A DNA stretch of 64,000 nt from Bacteroidaceae bacterium (GCA_017547205.1 JAFYQH010000057.1:3794-67793); one strand, 5' to 3'. Counted from the first letter of the stretch, positions 45,379-55,869 are shown. Program-made: numbers and translations. Notes: generated by a model from the letters alone, not told the origin.

Positions 45379-48195
45379 TTACTCGGCAGGTGTCATGCTC
45401 ACTTCAATGAAGTTGCCCTGGTCGAGTATGTACTTTGCAAGCAGGCGGATATCTTCTGCCGAAATTCCGTTCACCAATGCCTCATATCCGCTATATTTAT
45501 CTTCGTCATCGAAGTAGTAACCCGACAACCAGCTCATCCATGCCGAGTTGTTCTTCTTTGTCTCCTCGAATGACTTGAGCATGTGGCTGCGTACTTTCTC
45601 AATATGTTCGGCGACGGGGCCATTTGCGGCTATCTTTTCAAACTCGCGTACTATTATTGCTGCGAGTTCCTCACGGCGCTCGGGTGCCATCTTGAATGAA
45701 ACCATAAGCGAGTACTTGCCCTCGGGCTTCACGGTGATGTTACCTCCTACGCTTACACCGTATGTGCCGCCCTCCTTTTCGCGAACCTCCTCGGTATATA
45801 CGATATCGAGTATCTGTTTGAGGAAACTCATCGTAATTCTGTTCTTGAAACTGGGGTCTATTTTGCCTGCATATATGATGTTCTCGGTACCGGTCGGGTT
45901 CTCCATTTTGTTCTTGAAGTTGTTGCGGTACACACCGGTACGTGTTTCTACCGTTGTCTTTACAATCTCCTCGACCTTGCCGCTGCACGGAAGTGCTCCG
46001 ATGTATCTTTCTATCAAAGGCTTTATACCGTCAATGTCGATATTTCCCACGATGACGAACACGAAGCCTGTTGCGTCGCTTGTGCGTTCCTTGTAAATCT
46101 CGAGGCAACGGTCATAGTCAACTTTGTCTATGTCTGCAGCAAGCACCGGCATCACGCGCGGGTGGTTCATATATAATGCCGAAACCAACGTATCGTTTAG
46201 AGCCGTATTCGGGTTAAGATTGCGGTCCTTGAGGCTGTTACGCATACGTGTGGTGTATGACTCGAATGCCTTCATATCCTTGCGTGGGGATGTGTACTTG
46301 AGGTACATCAACTGGAACATTGCTTCGGCATCCTTTGGCGAGCAGCTTCCGTTTATAAAGTCGTACAATGACGAACTGCCCACACTTGCCGATGCTGTGC
46401 TGCCCGACATCTTTTTACCCAACTGCATGGCGTCGAAAGCACCATAACCTCCAATGCTTGACAATGCCGACATCATTGAAATGTTAACGCGCTCTTCATC
46501 GGGGTAACGGTTTGTTCCTCCAACCCTGTAACCGCTCATTGAAATGGCATCAGCCTTGAAGTCCGTAACCTTCAGCACAACCTTTATCCCGTTGGAGAGA
46601 GTCCACACAGTGGAACCCCACATACCCTCTTCGCTCTTCACGACCTTGCCACCTTCCGGAATTACAGCAAGCAACGGGGCATCTACAGCATTGTCCTCGT
46701 ATGGAGTAATATTGCGGGCACCTTCAATCATCTTCAGCAAGCTCTCGATTTCCTTGTCGTTAGGGTATACGGCGCCATCCTTCTGCGGTGCATACGAAAC
46801 CAGGATGCGGTTGTCCTCGCGGTGCAGTGACGGTATCACGGAATTCACCTCATCCAGTGTAATTGAGTTTATTATCTCCTTGCTCAATTCGTACTCCTCT
46901 TCGGGAGGCATCATGCTGACGGCATCAAGGAAGTGGCGGACACAGTTCTCGACATGGTAGCTGCTTGTGCGCTTGTCGCGTTCGTTGTACCATGTGTCGT
47001 TGTTTGCAAGCATGCGTTCCTTGAGGCGTTTCAGTTCCGGCTCGGTAAATCCGTAGCGGCGTGCACGCTCAACTTCGGTAAAGACCATGGGGATGGCCTC
47101 TCTTATCTGTTCGGGTTTGCACTGGACCATAACCGAGAATGCCTTTTTCGTCTCTGTCACGCCAAAGCCACTGTAGCCTACTCCTGCACGCAAATAGGGC
47201 GGGTTCTCCTTGCTCATGATTTCCGAAAAACGGCTGTTGAGCATTGACATGGCGAATGAAATCCTGGTGTTTTCGTATATGTAGTCCCTTGTGTTGCGCT
47301 CTTCGCGTGAAGCTACGTCGTGTTTGTACATGAGCTGCAGGGTATAATTCTGCTGCTCCTTGTCCATCTGCTGCGAGAATATCATTTCCTTGTTATCTTC
47401 TACAGGGTAATAGATTCTTTCAGCAGGGTTCTTTGGCTTCTTTATTCCTTTGAAAATCTTCTTTACCTTCTTCTCCACTTCGTTGACATCGATGTCGCCT
47501 ACAATGATAATTCCCTGCAGGTCGGGGCGGTACCATGTCTCATAATAGTCACGCAGTGCCTGGTGAGGGAAACTGTCAACAACCTCCATGATGCCGATGG
47601 GCAGTCGCTTGCCATATCTGCTGCCAGGGAAAATGTCGGCAAGCATGCGCTCCTGCATGCGCATCATGGCCGTGTTGCGTCCTCGCCACTCCTCATGTAT
47701 TACACCGCGCTCTTTGTCTATTTCGGCTGAATCGAGTGTGAGTCCGTCGGCCCAGTCGCGCAGTATCCACAGACACGAGTCTATTGCACCGGCTGTATTT
47801 ACCGGCACGTTGTCAATATTGTAGACAGTCTCGTCAATTGCCGTATATGCATTAAGGTCGGCACCGAATTTGACACCGATGCCTTCGAGGTAGTTTATGA
47901 GTCCCTTTCCGGGGAAGTGGTTGGTTCCGTTGAAGCACATGTGCTCAAGAAAGTGGGCGAGACCACGCTGGTGATCCTCTTCCTGTATCGATCCCACCTT
48001 CTGTGCGATGTAGAAGTTTACAAGGTTCTCGGGTTTCTTGTTCTGGCGGATATAATACGTCAGTCCGTTCTTCAATTTTCCTATCCTGACCGATGGGTCG
48101 ACAGGCAGAGGCTTACCGCTTTTCTGTGCCCATGACGGCAATGCCATTGTAATGGCAAGTATCAACAACAGAACCGGTTTCAACAATCTTTTCAT
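45379..48195 (-). CDS. M16-family (pitrilysin/insulinase-like) zinc peptidase, secreted
   Basis: 938 aa with a signal peptide. Carries the inverted zinc motif HFLEHMCFNGT (HxxEH), in a two-unit M16 architecture. Confidence 0.9.
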   Translation of the reverse strand: MKRLLKPVLLLILAITMALPSWAQKSGKPLPVDPSVRIGKLKNGLTYYIRQNKKPENLVNFYIAQKVGSIQEEDHQRGLAHFLEHMCFNGTNHFPGKGLINYLEGIGVKFGADLNAYTAIDETVYNIDNVPVNTAGAIDSCLWILRDWADGLTLDSAEIDKERGVIHEEWRGRNTAMMRMQERMLADIFPGSRYGKRLPIGIMEVVDSFPHQALRDYYETWYRPDLQGIIIVGDIDVNEVEKKVKKIFKGIKKPKNPAERIYYPVEDNKEMIFSQQMDKEQQNYTLQLMYKHDVASREERNTRDYIYENTRISFAMSMLNSRFSEIMSKENPPYLRAGVGYSGFGVTETKKAFSVMVQCKPEQIREAIPMVFTEVERARRYGFTEPELKRLKERMLANNDTWYNERDKRTSSYHVENCVRHFLDAVSMMPPEEEYELSKEIINSITLDEVNSVIPSLHREDNRILVSYAPQKDGAVYPNDKEIESLLKMIEGARNITPYEDNAVDAPLLAVIPEGGKVVKSEEGMWGSTVWTLSNGIKVVLKVTDFKADAISMSGYRVGGTNRYPDEERVNISMMSALSSIGGYGAFDAMQLGKKMSGSTASASVGSSSLYDFINGSCSPKDAEAMFQLMYLKYTSPRKDMKAFESYTTRMRNSLKDRNLNPNTALNDTLVSALYMNHPRVMPVLAADIDKVDYDRCLEIYKERTSDATGFVFVIVGNIDIDGIKPLIERYIGALPCSGKVEEIVKTTVETRTGVYRNNFKNKMENPTGTENIIYAGKIDPSFKNRITMSFLKQILDIVYTEEVREKEGGTYGVSVGGNITVKPEGKYSLMVSFKMAPERREELAAIIVREFEKIAANGPVAEHIEKVRSHMLKSFEETKKNNSAWMSWLSGYYFDDEDKYSGYEALVNGISAEDIRLLAKYILDQGNFIEVSMTPAE

Positions 48196-48276
48196 AATTA
48201 TTCCCTTTTATTTAAAAATATGCTTACAATTGTGCAAATTTAAACAAAAAGGAACAACTATGGGCTGTTATATGAA

Positions 48277-48828
48277 TTATAAAATGTTATCGTGGTAAAA
48301 ATAACGGTCAATATCCTTATCAATGGATGAATATTCGTACATGTGCAGTATTTCACCTGGAGGAATTGCTGCCGTTTCTCCTTTTAAAGCCAATTCACGG
48401 ACATGTTCCATTAGACGGCTTTCCGTAATGCAGCCACCATTATCGGCCATTACTGCATTGCATTTCTCCATTACCCCTGCCCTGCGGTAAAGGTCGGCCT
48501 TGATGACAGCCGGCAGGCCAATGCATGGTTCTGCCTCAAGCAGTCGCATGGCTTCGGCAAAACAGAGTGCGTCTTTTTCCTTTGCATATTCCTTGCGGTA
48601 ATCTTCACTCCTGCATAGGCTGTTGTAGAGGGAAACGACCTCCAGGAAGAGTTCCCTCATCCTTTCATGGTTACCCTTCACGTTCGGGTCAAGGTCCGAC
48701 AGTTGTTTTGCTTTCGTATGCAATTTTTCCTGTTTGTTTCTGAACCATGCAGCCCTTGTACTCTTGTCGTTGAACGGACTGTAAGAAGAAAGTTTCCAAG
48801 GTTCTTTTGATGATGACATTGCAGACAT
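48277..48828 (-). CDS. Hypothetical protein
   Basis: 183-aa ORF with no signal peptide and no motif I recognise. Confidence 0.5.
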   Translation of the reverse strand: MSAMSSSKEPWKLSSYSPFNDKSTRAAWFRNKQEKLHTKAKQLSDLDPNVKGNHERMRELFLEVVSLYNSLCRSEDYRKEYAKEKDALCFAEAMRLLEAEPCIGLPAVIKADLYRRAGVMEKCNAVMADNGGCITESRLMEHVRELALKGETAAIPPGEILHMYEYSSIDKDIDRYFYHDNIL

Positions 48829-48974
48829 GTTTTTTTATTTCAAAGATATAGCCGATATTGGCGATACCGCACTTCATAAACACAAATTCGTTTGGTATTT
48901 AACATACTTTTACAACTTGAACTATAAAAGGCAAAAGAGTATCGCTTATTCATTACAGATATTCATTTTATGAC

Positions 48975-48982
48975 TATCTTCG
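48975..48982 (+). promoter_or_regulatory. -7-like promoter box (TATCTTCG)
   Basis: Lies inside the ORF-track N-terminal extension and 20 nt upstream of the ATG at 49003. Confidence 0.35.
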
Positions 48983-49002
48983 CAAAAAATAATTTCAACA
49001 AA

Positions 49003-50049
49003 ATGATACGATTCGATTCCGATTACATTGAGGGTGCACACCCGACTATACTTTCAGCTCTTTCCGAGAGCAATTTCGAACAGCACATAGGCTACGGTTG
49101 CGACAGCTACTGCGACCGCGCGCGTGACATAATAAGGGAACACTGCAGGGACAACACATTGGGAGTGCAGTTCCTTGTAGGCGGTACCCAGGCCAATGTG
49201 ACTGTAATCGATGCATACCTGCGCAGCTATCAGGGTGTAATATCGGCCGACAGCGGGCACATAAATGTACATGAGACCGGGGCTCCCGAAGCCACTGGAC
49301 ACAAGGTCATTGCTCTACCCTCGTCCGACGGACGTCTTACGGTGGAACAGATCGCGGAATGCTACCATAACCACTGGAACGACCTTTCGCATGAACATAC
49401 GGTGCAGCCGGGAATGGTATACATTTCCTGTCCGGCAGAGAACGGGCTCATATACACCAAGGGTGAACTTGAGGCTATATCCGAGTTCTGTCATGCCCAT
49501 GGATTGTACCTTTTTGTCGACGGTGCACGTCTGGGCTACGGTCTCATGGCCGGCGATTGTGATTTCACACTGGCCGATCTTGCGCGTCTTTGCGATGTGT
49601 TCTACATCGGGGGTACAAAAGTAGGAGCACTGTTCGGCGAAGCCGTCGTATTCAAGGACGAGGAGATGCACCGCAGTTTCCGCTACGCAATAAAACAGCA
49701 TGGCGGCATGCTTGCCAAGGGACGCCTGCTGGGAATACAATTCGAGCAGTTGCTGAAGGGGGGCGACGACTGCCTGTACTTCAGGCTTGCACGTCATGCC
49801 AACGAACAGGCTGGCCGAATACGCAAGGCATTTGAGGCAAAGGGAATTCCTATGTGGATTCCTTCGACAACGAACATGCAGTTCCCGATACTCACAAAGG
49901 AACAGCAGGAGATTCTGGGCAAGAAATATGTTCCCGAATTATGGGGCAGATACGATAACGGGCGCGATGTGGTACGCTTCTGTACAAGCTGGGCGACACG
50001 GAGCGAAAATGTCGATGCTCTGTGCAAGGATATTGATGAACTGCTTTAA
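49003..50049 (+). CDS. ltaE: Low-specificity threonine aldolase / beta-eliminating lyase family (PLP)
   Basis: Contains MIRFDSDYIEGAHPTILSALSE...GGTQANV...FYIGGTKVGALFGEAVVF (the PLP-Lys context). Confidence 0.8.
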   Translation: MIRFDSDYIEGAHPTILSALSESNFEQHIGYGCDSYCDRARDIIREHCRDNTLGVQFLVGGTQANVTVIDAYLRSYQGVISADSGHINVHETGAPEATGHKVIALPSSDGRLTVEQIAECYHNHWNDLSHEHTVQPGMVYISCPAENGLIYTKGELEAISEFCHAHGLYLFVDGARLGYGLMAGDCDFTLADLARLCDVFYIGGTKVGALFGEAVVFKDEEMHRSFRYAIKQHGGMLAKGRLLGIQFEQLLKGGDDCLYFRLARHANEQAGRIRKAFEAKGIPMWIPSTTNMQFPILTKEQQEILGKKYVPELWGRYDNGRDVVRFCTSWATRSENVDALCKDIDELL

Positions 50050-50059
50050 GAATACAAGT

Positions 50060-50557
50060 ATGGAAAACAGCAGGATAGATAGAGTGCTTGAATATTTGAC
50101 GGCACACGGCCTTGAGCACACATGGTATACCCATCCCGAGGCCCCCACGATAGAGATTGCGCGACAATATTGGCAGAATGATGGCTCAAAACATTGCAAA
50201 AATCTCTTCTTCCGCAACCACAAAGGCAACCGCCATTATCTTGTCGTGCTCGACTGTGAGCGTGACCTTGATATACACGACCTTGAAAAGAGGCTCCACC
50301 AGGGCAAACTCTCATTTGCATCTCCGCAAAGAATGGAAAGGTATCTCGGCCTTCAGCCCGGTTCGGTATCACCGTTCGGCCTTATAAACGACACCGACAA
50401 CCATGTCCATCTATTCCTTGACGAGAACCTCAGGAACGAAAACTCACTGAGTTTCCATCCCAATGACAATCATGCGACGGTTGTCATCTCACAGGAGACA
50501 TTCATGCGCTACCTCAAAGAGGTCGGCAACACATACGAATTCATAGAGATGTATTGA
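50060..50557 (+). CDS. YbaK/ProX-type aminoacyl-tRNA editing (deacylase) domain protein
   Basis: Contains MENSRIDRVLEYLTAHGLEHTWYTHPEAPTIE...CKNLFFRNHKGNRHYLVV...GSVSPFGLIND. The start is at the ATG at 50060, so the upstream part of ORF 49787-50557 is not coding. Confidence 0.8.
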   Translation: MENSRIDRVLEYLTAHGLEHTWYTHPEAPTIEIARQYWQNDGSKHCKNLFFRNHKGNRHYLVVLDCERDLDIHDLEKRLHQGKLSFASPQRMERYLGLQPGSVSPFGLINDTDNHVHLFLDENLRNENSLSFHPNDNHATVVISQETFMRYLKEVGNTYEFIEMY

Positions 50558-50562
50558 TGATA

Positions 50563-50598
50563 TACTGAAAAAAGAGCCTTGCGGCTCTTTTTTCAGTA
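50563..50598. terminator. Bidirectional terminator
   Basis: tactgaaaaaagagcc-ttgc-ggctcttttttcagta. It overlaps the stop of the PAP2 gene. Confidence 0.8.
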
Positions 50599-51297
50599 TT
50601 CGAATATCATGAACGATATTACCGGTATCAGTGCGAATGTTGCGTACATTGTCGTCAGCAGCAGGTAGACATCGGATACCTGGTAACCGCTCTTTGTGTA
50701 GTGCGATGATATCCAGTCGCGGTGCTTGCTGCGTTGCTGCCGTTTCTTTATGAACATGTACAGCCTGTACATGACAATGCCGGTCGTAACACCTATTAAT
50801 GTTCCGGCAATTATGTCGGCCGGGTAATGCACTCCAAGATATATGCGTGTGAATGCATTCATCGCAGCCCAAAGAATGAGCGAGAATGTCAATGCCCTGT
50901 TCTTTATGAGAAGCATCACGAATGTTGCTATGCCGAACGAGTTGGCTGCGTGGCTCGATGTGAACGAGTAGTCATGACTGCGTATGTTGTTGACTACATC
51001 GACAATGTACATGAGTTCAGGGTCGTATGTCGGGCGTAGGCGTGCGAACAGAGGCTTGCAAATTCCCGACGATATAAAATTTGTTGTCAGGAATACCAGG
51101 ACAAGCATTACAAGGAGAAAGAAGAAATCCTTGATATTGTTGTTCTTAATGAGGACATATATGAGTATGAATAGGAGCGGCATCCATATTATGGTTGTCG
51201 TGTACAGCGACATGCACCCGTCCCAGTAGAGCGAGTTGCTGCCATTCATCGATAGCAGCATATACTTGTCTATGTCGAGCAGTGAGCCGAAGTCCAT
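50593..51297 (-). CDS. PAP2-family phosphatase (membrane)
   Basis: Carries the PAP2 motifs KPLFARLRP, SFTSSHAANSF and RIYLGVHYPADI. Confidence 0.88.
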   Translation of the reverse strand: MDFGSLLDIDKYMLLSMNGSNSLYWDGCMSLYTTTIIWMPLLFILIYVLIKNNNIKDFFFLLVMLVLVFLTTNFISSGICKPLFARLRPTYDPELMYIVDVVNNIRSHDYSFTSSHAANSFGIATFVMLLIKNRALTFSLILWAAMNAFTRIYLGVHYPADIIAGTLIGVTTGIVMYRLYMFIKKRQQRSKHRDWISSHYTKSGYQVSDVYLLLTTMYATFALIPVISFMIFEY

Positions 51298-51325
51298 ATA
51301 TATACCCTATTGCATTTTTCTGTTA

Positions 51326-52102
51326 TCAAATACGTTCAAGAGCGGATGAAGGAACCCATCCTACAGTCCCGTCCTCAAGCCCGATCTCCTTCCAATCGGA
51401 CATCGTGTCATCAGTAATCCTTACCTTGCGACCCTCGTGCACCTTTATAAGCACGGTGCCCGAATTGTTCGGCGTGCTCTTGAGCGATACCTCCTCTTTC
51501 ATTATTATTGCATGGCTGTTATCCTGCATCGCTGAACTGAGGTTATAGGCCGATATATTTGCAAATATAGTCACAAAAAGAGAAACGATGGCAATTGAAA
51601 GGGAAATTTTACGAATCCTGTTGTTTTTGTTGAACAGGACAACGAGTGCCGTCAGCAGAAGAATTACGAACGCAACTACACCAAGTACAGCCCATGCTGT
51701 TATGCCGAGAAGGTTCACAATGGCCTTGAACCATGTTACGAAGAATATCTCGTACTGCTCCGCAAGTTCGTCCTTCATCCTGCTCTGCGCGAATTCCAGG
51801 TTCGCCTTTGTATCATCATCGGTAGGGTCAATACGCAATGCCCTTTCGTAGTTGAGGATGGACTTGCCAATCATGTTGTTGCGGAAATATGCATTGCCAA
51901 GGTTATAGTACAGTTGCAACGAACTGCCTTCATCGGCAATTATCGCCTCATATGTTTCTATTGCCTTTTCATAATTGGCTGCAGAGTAGGCACTGTCGCC
52001 CATCGCCTTGGTGTATGCCGCGGCTGTTGTCGTTCCGTTATCCTGCGCCGCCATGCAGAATGGCGCTGCAAGCAACAATAGTATATATATAATCCTTTTC
52101 AT
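51326..52102 (-). CDS. batE: BatE-like TPR + TM + SH3 protein
   Basis: Has a signal peptide, TPR units (YEKAIETYEAII, YYNLGNAYF), two TM helices and a C-terminal SH3-like segment, ...WKEIGLEDGTVGWVPSSALERI. Confidence 0.8.
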   Translation of the reverse strand: MKRIIYILLLLAAPFCMAAQDNGTTTAAAYTKAMGDSAYSAANYEKAIETYEAIIADEGSSLQLYYNLGNAYFRNNMIGKSILNYERALRIDPTDDDTKANLEFAQSRMKDELAEQYEIFFVTWFKAIVNLLGITAWAVLGVVAFVILLLTALVVLFNKNNRIRKISLSIAIVSLFVTIFANISAYNLSSAMQDNSHAIIMKEEVSLKSTPNNSGTVLIKVHEGRKVRITDDTMSDWKEIGLEDGTVGWVPSSALERI

Positions 52103-52112
52103 ATAGCCTTTA

Positions 52113-53948
52113 TTATTTCTTAATAGAATTCTCCATCTTGCTTATGACGTCCATCGCTCTTGAATAGACCTTGTCCATGGTTGCGCCGGCATCACCGGGT
52201 GCATAACGCGCGAATTCGCCCTCGTTGAGGACATCCTGCATATCGTCTATCAATGATGCGTCCACTCCCTTTCCTGCAAGTTCTGCAGCGATGTTCTCCT
52301 TCGAGAGCTGTGAGACAGGTATGCTCAGTTTGTCGCTCATGTAGCCCCACATGGTTTTGAGTATCTCGTCATAGAACTCGTTTTTCCTGTTTTCCTTGAG
52401 AAGACGGTTGGCAATCTTCAGACGTTTGACAGCTACCTTGTTTGCCTTCTTTGTACGTACCAGTGTGAGGTTTGCATTCTCTGCCATCTTTCTGCGGTAG
52501 ACGATTATATATGCGATGAACAGCAGCAACGGGATTATGTACAGCAGCACATATGTCGTTGAGCCGAACAGAGTAGTATGCTCTTTTTTAGTCTCCCCTT
52601 CGTCAAGTTTGATGTGGCGTATGTCTGTTGCAAGTACCCTGCCCCTCTCCTTGCCTATGTATAAGTTGGCAGTAGCTGCCGGTGCATCCTTGCCTTTTTC
52701 CACGTCAAGAGTGTAGCTCTCGCTCTCTATTGTGCGGTAGCTGTTGCTCGATGTGTCGAAATACGAGAATTTTGCGGCCGGTATGGTATATGTTCCGCTT
52801 GAGCGTGGGGTAATCACGTATTCGTAAACTTTCTCACCCGTGAATCCGCTGCTACGCAGGCTGAAATTATTGTTTATGATGGGGTCGTATACTTCGAACT
52901 CGCTCGGGAAATCAATCTGCGGGTCACCAAGAAGTTTCATGTTACCTACACCCTTGACAATAACCTTGAGAGTGACCTCCTCATTTGTCTTGAGATTATT
53001 ATTGCTTATCGAGCTGCTTATCGAGAATTTTCCTACACCGCCCGAAAATCCTGCCGGCTTGCCTGCGGGCAGTTTTTCCACATTGAGTGTAAGGCTGTTG
53101 GTCCTGATGCTCTTCTTCACTTCCACATATGATGGACCGCCGTTGAACATCATCTCGAACGGGTCCATGCTGCGGCGCGTCTGCACGGCTACAACTCCCT
53201 CAAATGTCAATGATGGAATCTCGATCTTGCCGCTCTGTTGCGGGAAGAGTACAAACTGGCGCCATACAAGCGACTGGTAATTCCTGCCGTTGTAACGGTC
53301 CAACTCAAACTGTTTTTCCTTTGGCAGTTCAACTTCCTGTATGTGGAATCCCTTTAGTTCCGGTGTCGGGAAATCGAGGTTCGTCAGGTTTACGGCCGAA
53401 TATACCTTGTATGTCAGCAATACAGCCTCCTGTTCATATACTTTGGTCTTGTTGAGTGACGCCTTTATAAAAAGGTCATCGTTGGAGATGTTCGTTGACG
53501 TCGTGTTGCGCTGTATACCACCTCCATTGCTCCGACCCTGTTGTGAGGACTGTCCTGCCTGGTCGGCCGGCAATACCCTTATCTTCGCCTCGTTCGATGT
53601 CACCTTCTCGCCGTCGACTATTATCGAGGCTGCAGGTATAGTGAATTCACCTTCCTTCTCGGCGAGAAGCGTATAAGTGAAGGTCACCGATTCCGATGTG
53701 GTGGTCTCGCCGTTTATCATCTGCATGCTGCGTTGTGTCGAACGGTGCGGGCCTGTCAGGATTCTGAATCCGTCTATCTCCGGTATTGTAGGTTCACCTA
53801 CCTTCACGCGGTTAACCTTATATGATATCCTGAATTGTTGGTCAACGACGACCGAGCGGGGAGCCGACGTCACGAATGATACGACATCTGCAAAAGCTGT
53901 CCCGATTATCGTAATAAATAGTACTGCTGTTAAAAAAAACCTTTTCAT
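52113..53948 (-). CDS. batD: BatD-like oxygen-tolerance protein
   Basis: 611 aa with a signal peptide, repeated beta-rich modules and one TM helix near aa 470. Its position in the operon supports the call. Confidence 0.75.
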   Translation of the reverse strand: MKRFFLTAVLFITIIGTAFADVVSFVTSAPRSVVVDQQFRISYKVNRVKVGEPTIPEIDGFRILTGPHRSTQRSMQMINGETTTSESVTFTYTLLAEKEGEFTIPAASIIVDGEKVTSNEAKIRVLPADQAGQSSQQGRSNGGGIQRNTTSTNISNDDLFIKASLNKTKVYEQEAVLLTYKVYSAVNLTNLDFPTPELKGFHIQEVELPKEKQFELDRYNGRNYQSLVWRQFVLFPQQSGKIEIPSLTFEGVVAVQTRRSMDPFEMMFNGGPSYVEVKKSIRTNSLTLNVEKLPAGKPAGFSGGVGKFSISSSISNNNLKTNEEVTLKVIVKGVGNMKLLGDPQIDFPSEFEVYDPIINNNFSLRSSGFTGEKVYEYVITPRSSGTYTIPAAKFSYFDTSSNSYRTIESESYTLDVEKGKDAPAATANLYIGKERGRVLATDIRHIKLDEGETKKEHTTLFGSTTYVLLYIIPLLLFIAYIIVYRRKMAENANLTLVRTKKANKVAVKRLKIANRLLKENRKNEFYDEILKTMWGYMSDKLSIPVSQLSKENIAAELAGKGVDASLIDDMQDVLNEGEFARYAPGDAGATMDKVYSRAMDVISKMENSIKK

Positions 53949-54009
53949 TTAATGTTCTGTCTTAACAATATTTGTCCAATGTCCTGAATGTAAAAAAGCG
54001 TCTGTGCCT

Positions 54010-54837
54010 TTACCAGTTCTTCTGCAGTTTCTGCTTGCCAGACCTGTTTTTTTCGCGCTTCACTTTTTCGAGCACTGCCTTTTCGTCCTGCATGGCAGCC
54101 TCAAGCAAGCGTTCGGCATTCTCTTTTGACATGTCATCTTCACTCTGTGAAGCCTGTGCCTGCTGCTGTTGCTGTTCTTTATCCTGCTGATCCTGGTTCT
54201 GCTGCTGTTGTTCCTGTTGTTGCTGTTCTTGCTGCTGATTCTGCTCCTGCTGTTGTTGCTGCTGTTGCTGCTGATTCTGCTCCTGCTGCTGTTGCTGATT
54301 CTGGTCCTGCTGGTTCTTCAGCTGGTAGAGCACTACGGCAAGGTTGTATCTGGTTTCATGGTCGGCAGGATTCTTGCGCAATGATTCCTTGTATGCTCCG
54401 GCCGCTTTCTCCAAGGAGTCGGTCAAGTGGTGTACAAGAGCCTCGTTGTGTTTTGATGATGCTATCAGTTTCTTGTCAGTAGCATTTGATGCCGCACTCT
54501 GCAACTGGGCCAGAGCATCGGAATAGACACCCTTTACGGTTTCCGGGTCACCAGTCCCAGCCTTCAGATCCTTGTAGTTCTTCAAAAGGAGATTTGTCCC
54601 GCTGTTATAATTGGCAACACCGCTCGACCTGTCGCTCTCCAGAGCGCGCTGGTATGGCTCAATAGCCTTGTCGAACAGGCTGTCCTTGTGGTACCCGTTG
54701 GCTTGGTTGAGGTGCTCGCGTATGCTCTTTACAGTAGGCGAACCGTCTGTAATGAGGGCGTATGTTGAATAGAGAAGCAATAAAGCTCCCAACGCGCCAA
54801 GTGCTATGAATATGTATTTGTTCTTCAACTTTTCCAT
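54010..54837 (-). CDS. batC: BatC-like TPR protein with a long Gln-rich tract
   Basis: An N-terminal TM helix and TPR units are followed by QQDQNQQQQQEQNQQQQQQQQQEQNQQQEQQQQEQQQQNQDQQDKEQQQQQ. Confidence 0.8.
   Translation of the reverse strand: MEKLKNKYIFIALGALGALLLLYSTYALITDGSPTVKSIREHLNQANGYHKDSLFDKAIEPYQRALESDRSSGVANYNSGTNLLLKNYKDLKAGTGDPETVKGVYSDALAQLQSAASNATDKKLIASSKHNEALVHHLTDSLEKAAGAYKESLRKNPADHETRYNLAVVLYQLKNQQDQNQQQQQEQNQQQQQQQQQEQNQQQEQQQQEQQQQNQDQQDKEQQQQQAQASQSEDDMSKENAERLLEAAMQDEKAVLEKVKREKNRSGKQKLQKNW
54155..54315 (-). repeat. CAG/CAA (poly-Gln) low-complexity coding repeat inside batC
   Basis: The plus strand reads ctgctgctgttgctg... The 21-nt unit ctgctgattctgctcctgctg occurs twice, at about 54232 and about 54268. 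Confidence 0.85.
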
Positions 54838-54838
54838 A

Positions 54839-55858
54839 TTAACTTCTGTTCTTTTTCCTTCTTGATATGGATACTGCTTCCAGTATCACGTTCAGCACGA
54901 TTTCACATACAAGCAGAATGAACACGATGGCTGCAATAGCCATGAACTGTTCCCTGTACTTGGTGTATACCTCGGTCTTTATGTCATCCTTTGCAAGTTT
55001 GTCGAGCTCGTTGTCTATAATGGTCTGGGCGTTATTGGTGTTGTCGACCGTTATATATACTCCCTTGCCGGCCTCTGCAATGCTGCGTGCCATCTCCTCA
55101 TTGAGCTTTGTAACTACAACATAGCCGTCGCTGTCGCGCAGGTACTCATTGCCCGAAACCGGTATTCTTCCACCCTTTTCGGTTCCAACACCCAGGACAA
55201 AGACATTCATCCCCTTTTCTGCTGCAAGACGTGCAGCCTCTTCGGCACCGCCCTCATGGTTCTCGCCGTCAGTTATTATGATGATGGCCTTGCCGACTTT
55301 CTCGTTCGGCGTGAAACTCTTTGCAGCAAGGTTTATTGCCGCTCCAATGTCTGTACCCTGCCTTTCAATGAGTTTTGGCGATATGCTCTCGAGGAACATC
55401 TTCGCCGATATGAAATCGTTTGTTATGGGTAGCTGCACGAATGCATCACCGGCAAACACAATCAAGGCCACTTTATTCTCATCCGATTTGTTTATGATTC
55501 TCGAAATGAGCCTCTTTGCCTTTTCGAGCCTGTTGGGGGTAATGTCATCGGCAAGCATAGAGTTGGAGATGTCAAGTGCCACTACAACTTCGACACCCCG
55601 TGTCGTTATAGTCTCCTTGTTTGCCCCGAACTGGGGACGTGCGAGTACCAACACCGTCAGTGTCATCGCTGCAAGCAGGAACCAGAATGTGAGTTTCCCA
55701 CGCAGTGAGGAGAATGATGGTATCAGAGCTTTCAGCAACTGAGGGTCGCCATAGCTCTTGAGATCAATGTTCCTGCGGTAATTGGAGTAGATGAACAACA
55801 ACACCGCAATTGGCAGCAGTATAAGAAGATATAAATATTCAGGATTAGCGAATCTCAT
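54839..55858 (-). CDS. batB: BatB-like von Willebrand factor A domain membrane protein
   Basis: N-terminal TM helices. The VWA MIDAS motif is VVVALDISNSM, followed by ...IIIITDGENH. Gap to batC is 1 nt. Confidence 0.85.
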   Translation of the reverse strand: MRFANPEYLYLLILLPIAVLLFIYSNYRRNIDLKSYGDPQLLKALIPSFSSLRGKLTFWFLLAAMTLTVLVLARPQFGANKETITTRGVEVVVALDISNSMLADDITPNRLEKAKRLISRIINKSDENKVALIVFAGDAFVQLPITNDFISAKMFLESISPKLIERQGTDIGAAINLAAKSFTPNEKVGKAIIIITDGENHEGGAEEAARLAAEKGMNVFVLGVGTEKGGRIPVSGNEYLRDSDGYVVVTKLNEEMARSIAEAGKGVYITVDNTNNAQTIIDNELDKLAKDDIKTEVYTKYREQFMAIAAIVFILLVCEIVLNVILEAVSISRRKKNRS

Positions 55859-55869
55859 CTTGTTCTCTT

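Noticed and set aside
49787-50059. The N-terminal 91 codons of ORF 49787-50557, and similar 5' extensions in the ORF track (8000-9484, 17946-18716, 41905-43233, 48970-50049, 15455-16021).
   Set aside because: These extensions overlap upstream genes or predicted promoters and add non-homologous residues. Family-consistent starts (MENSRID, MNHEDCKM, MRVDII, MKKNIF lipobox, MIRFDSDY, MSERDR) lie downstream.
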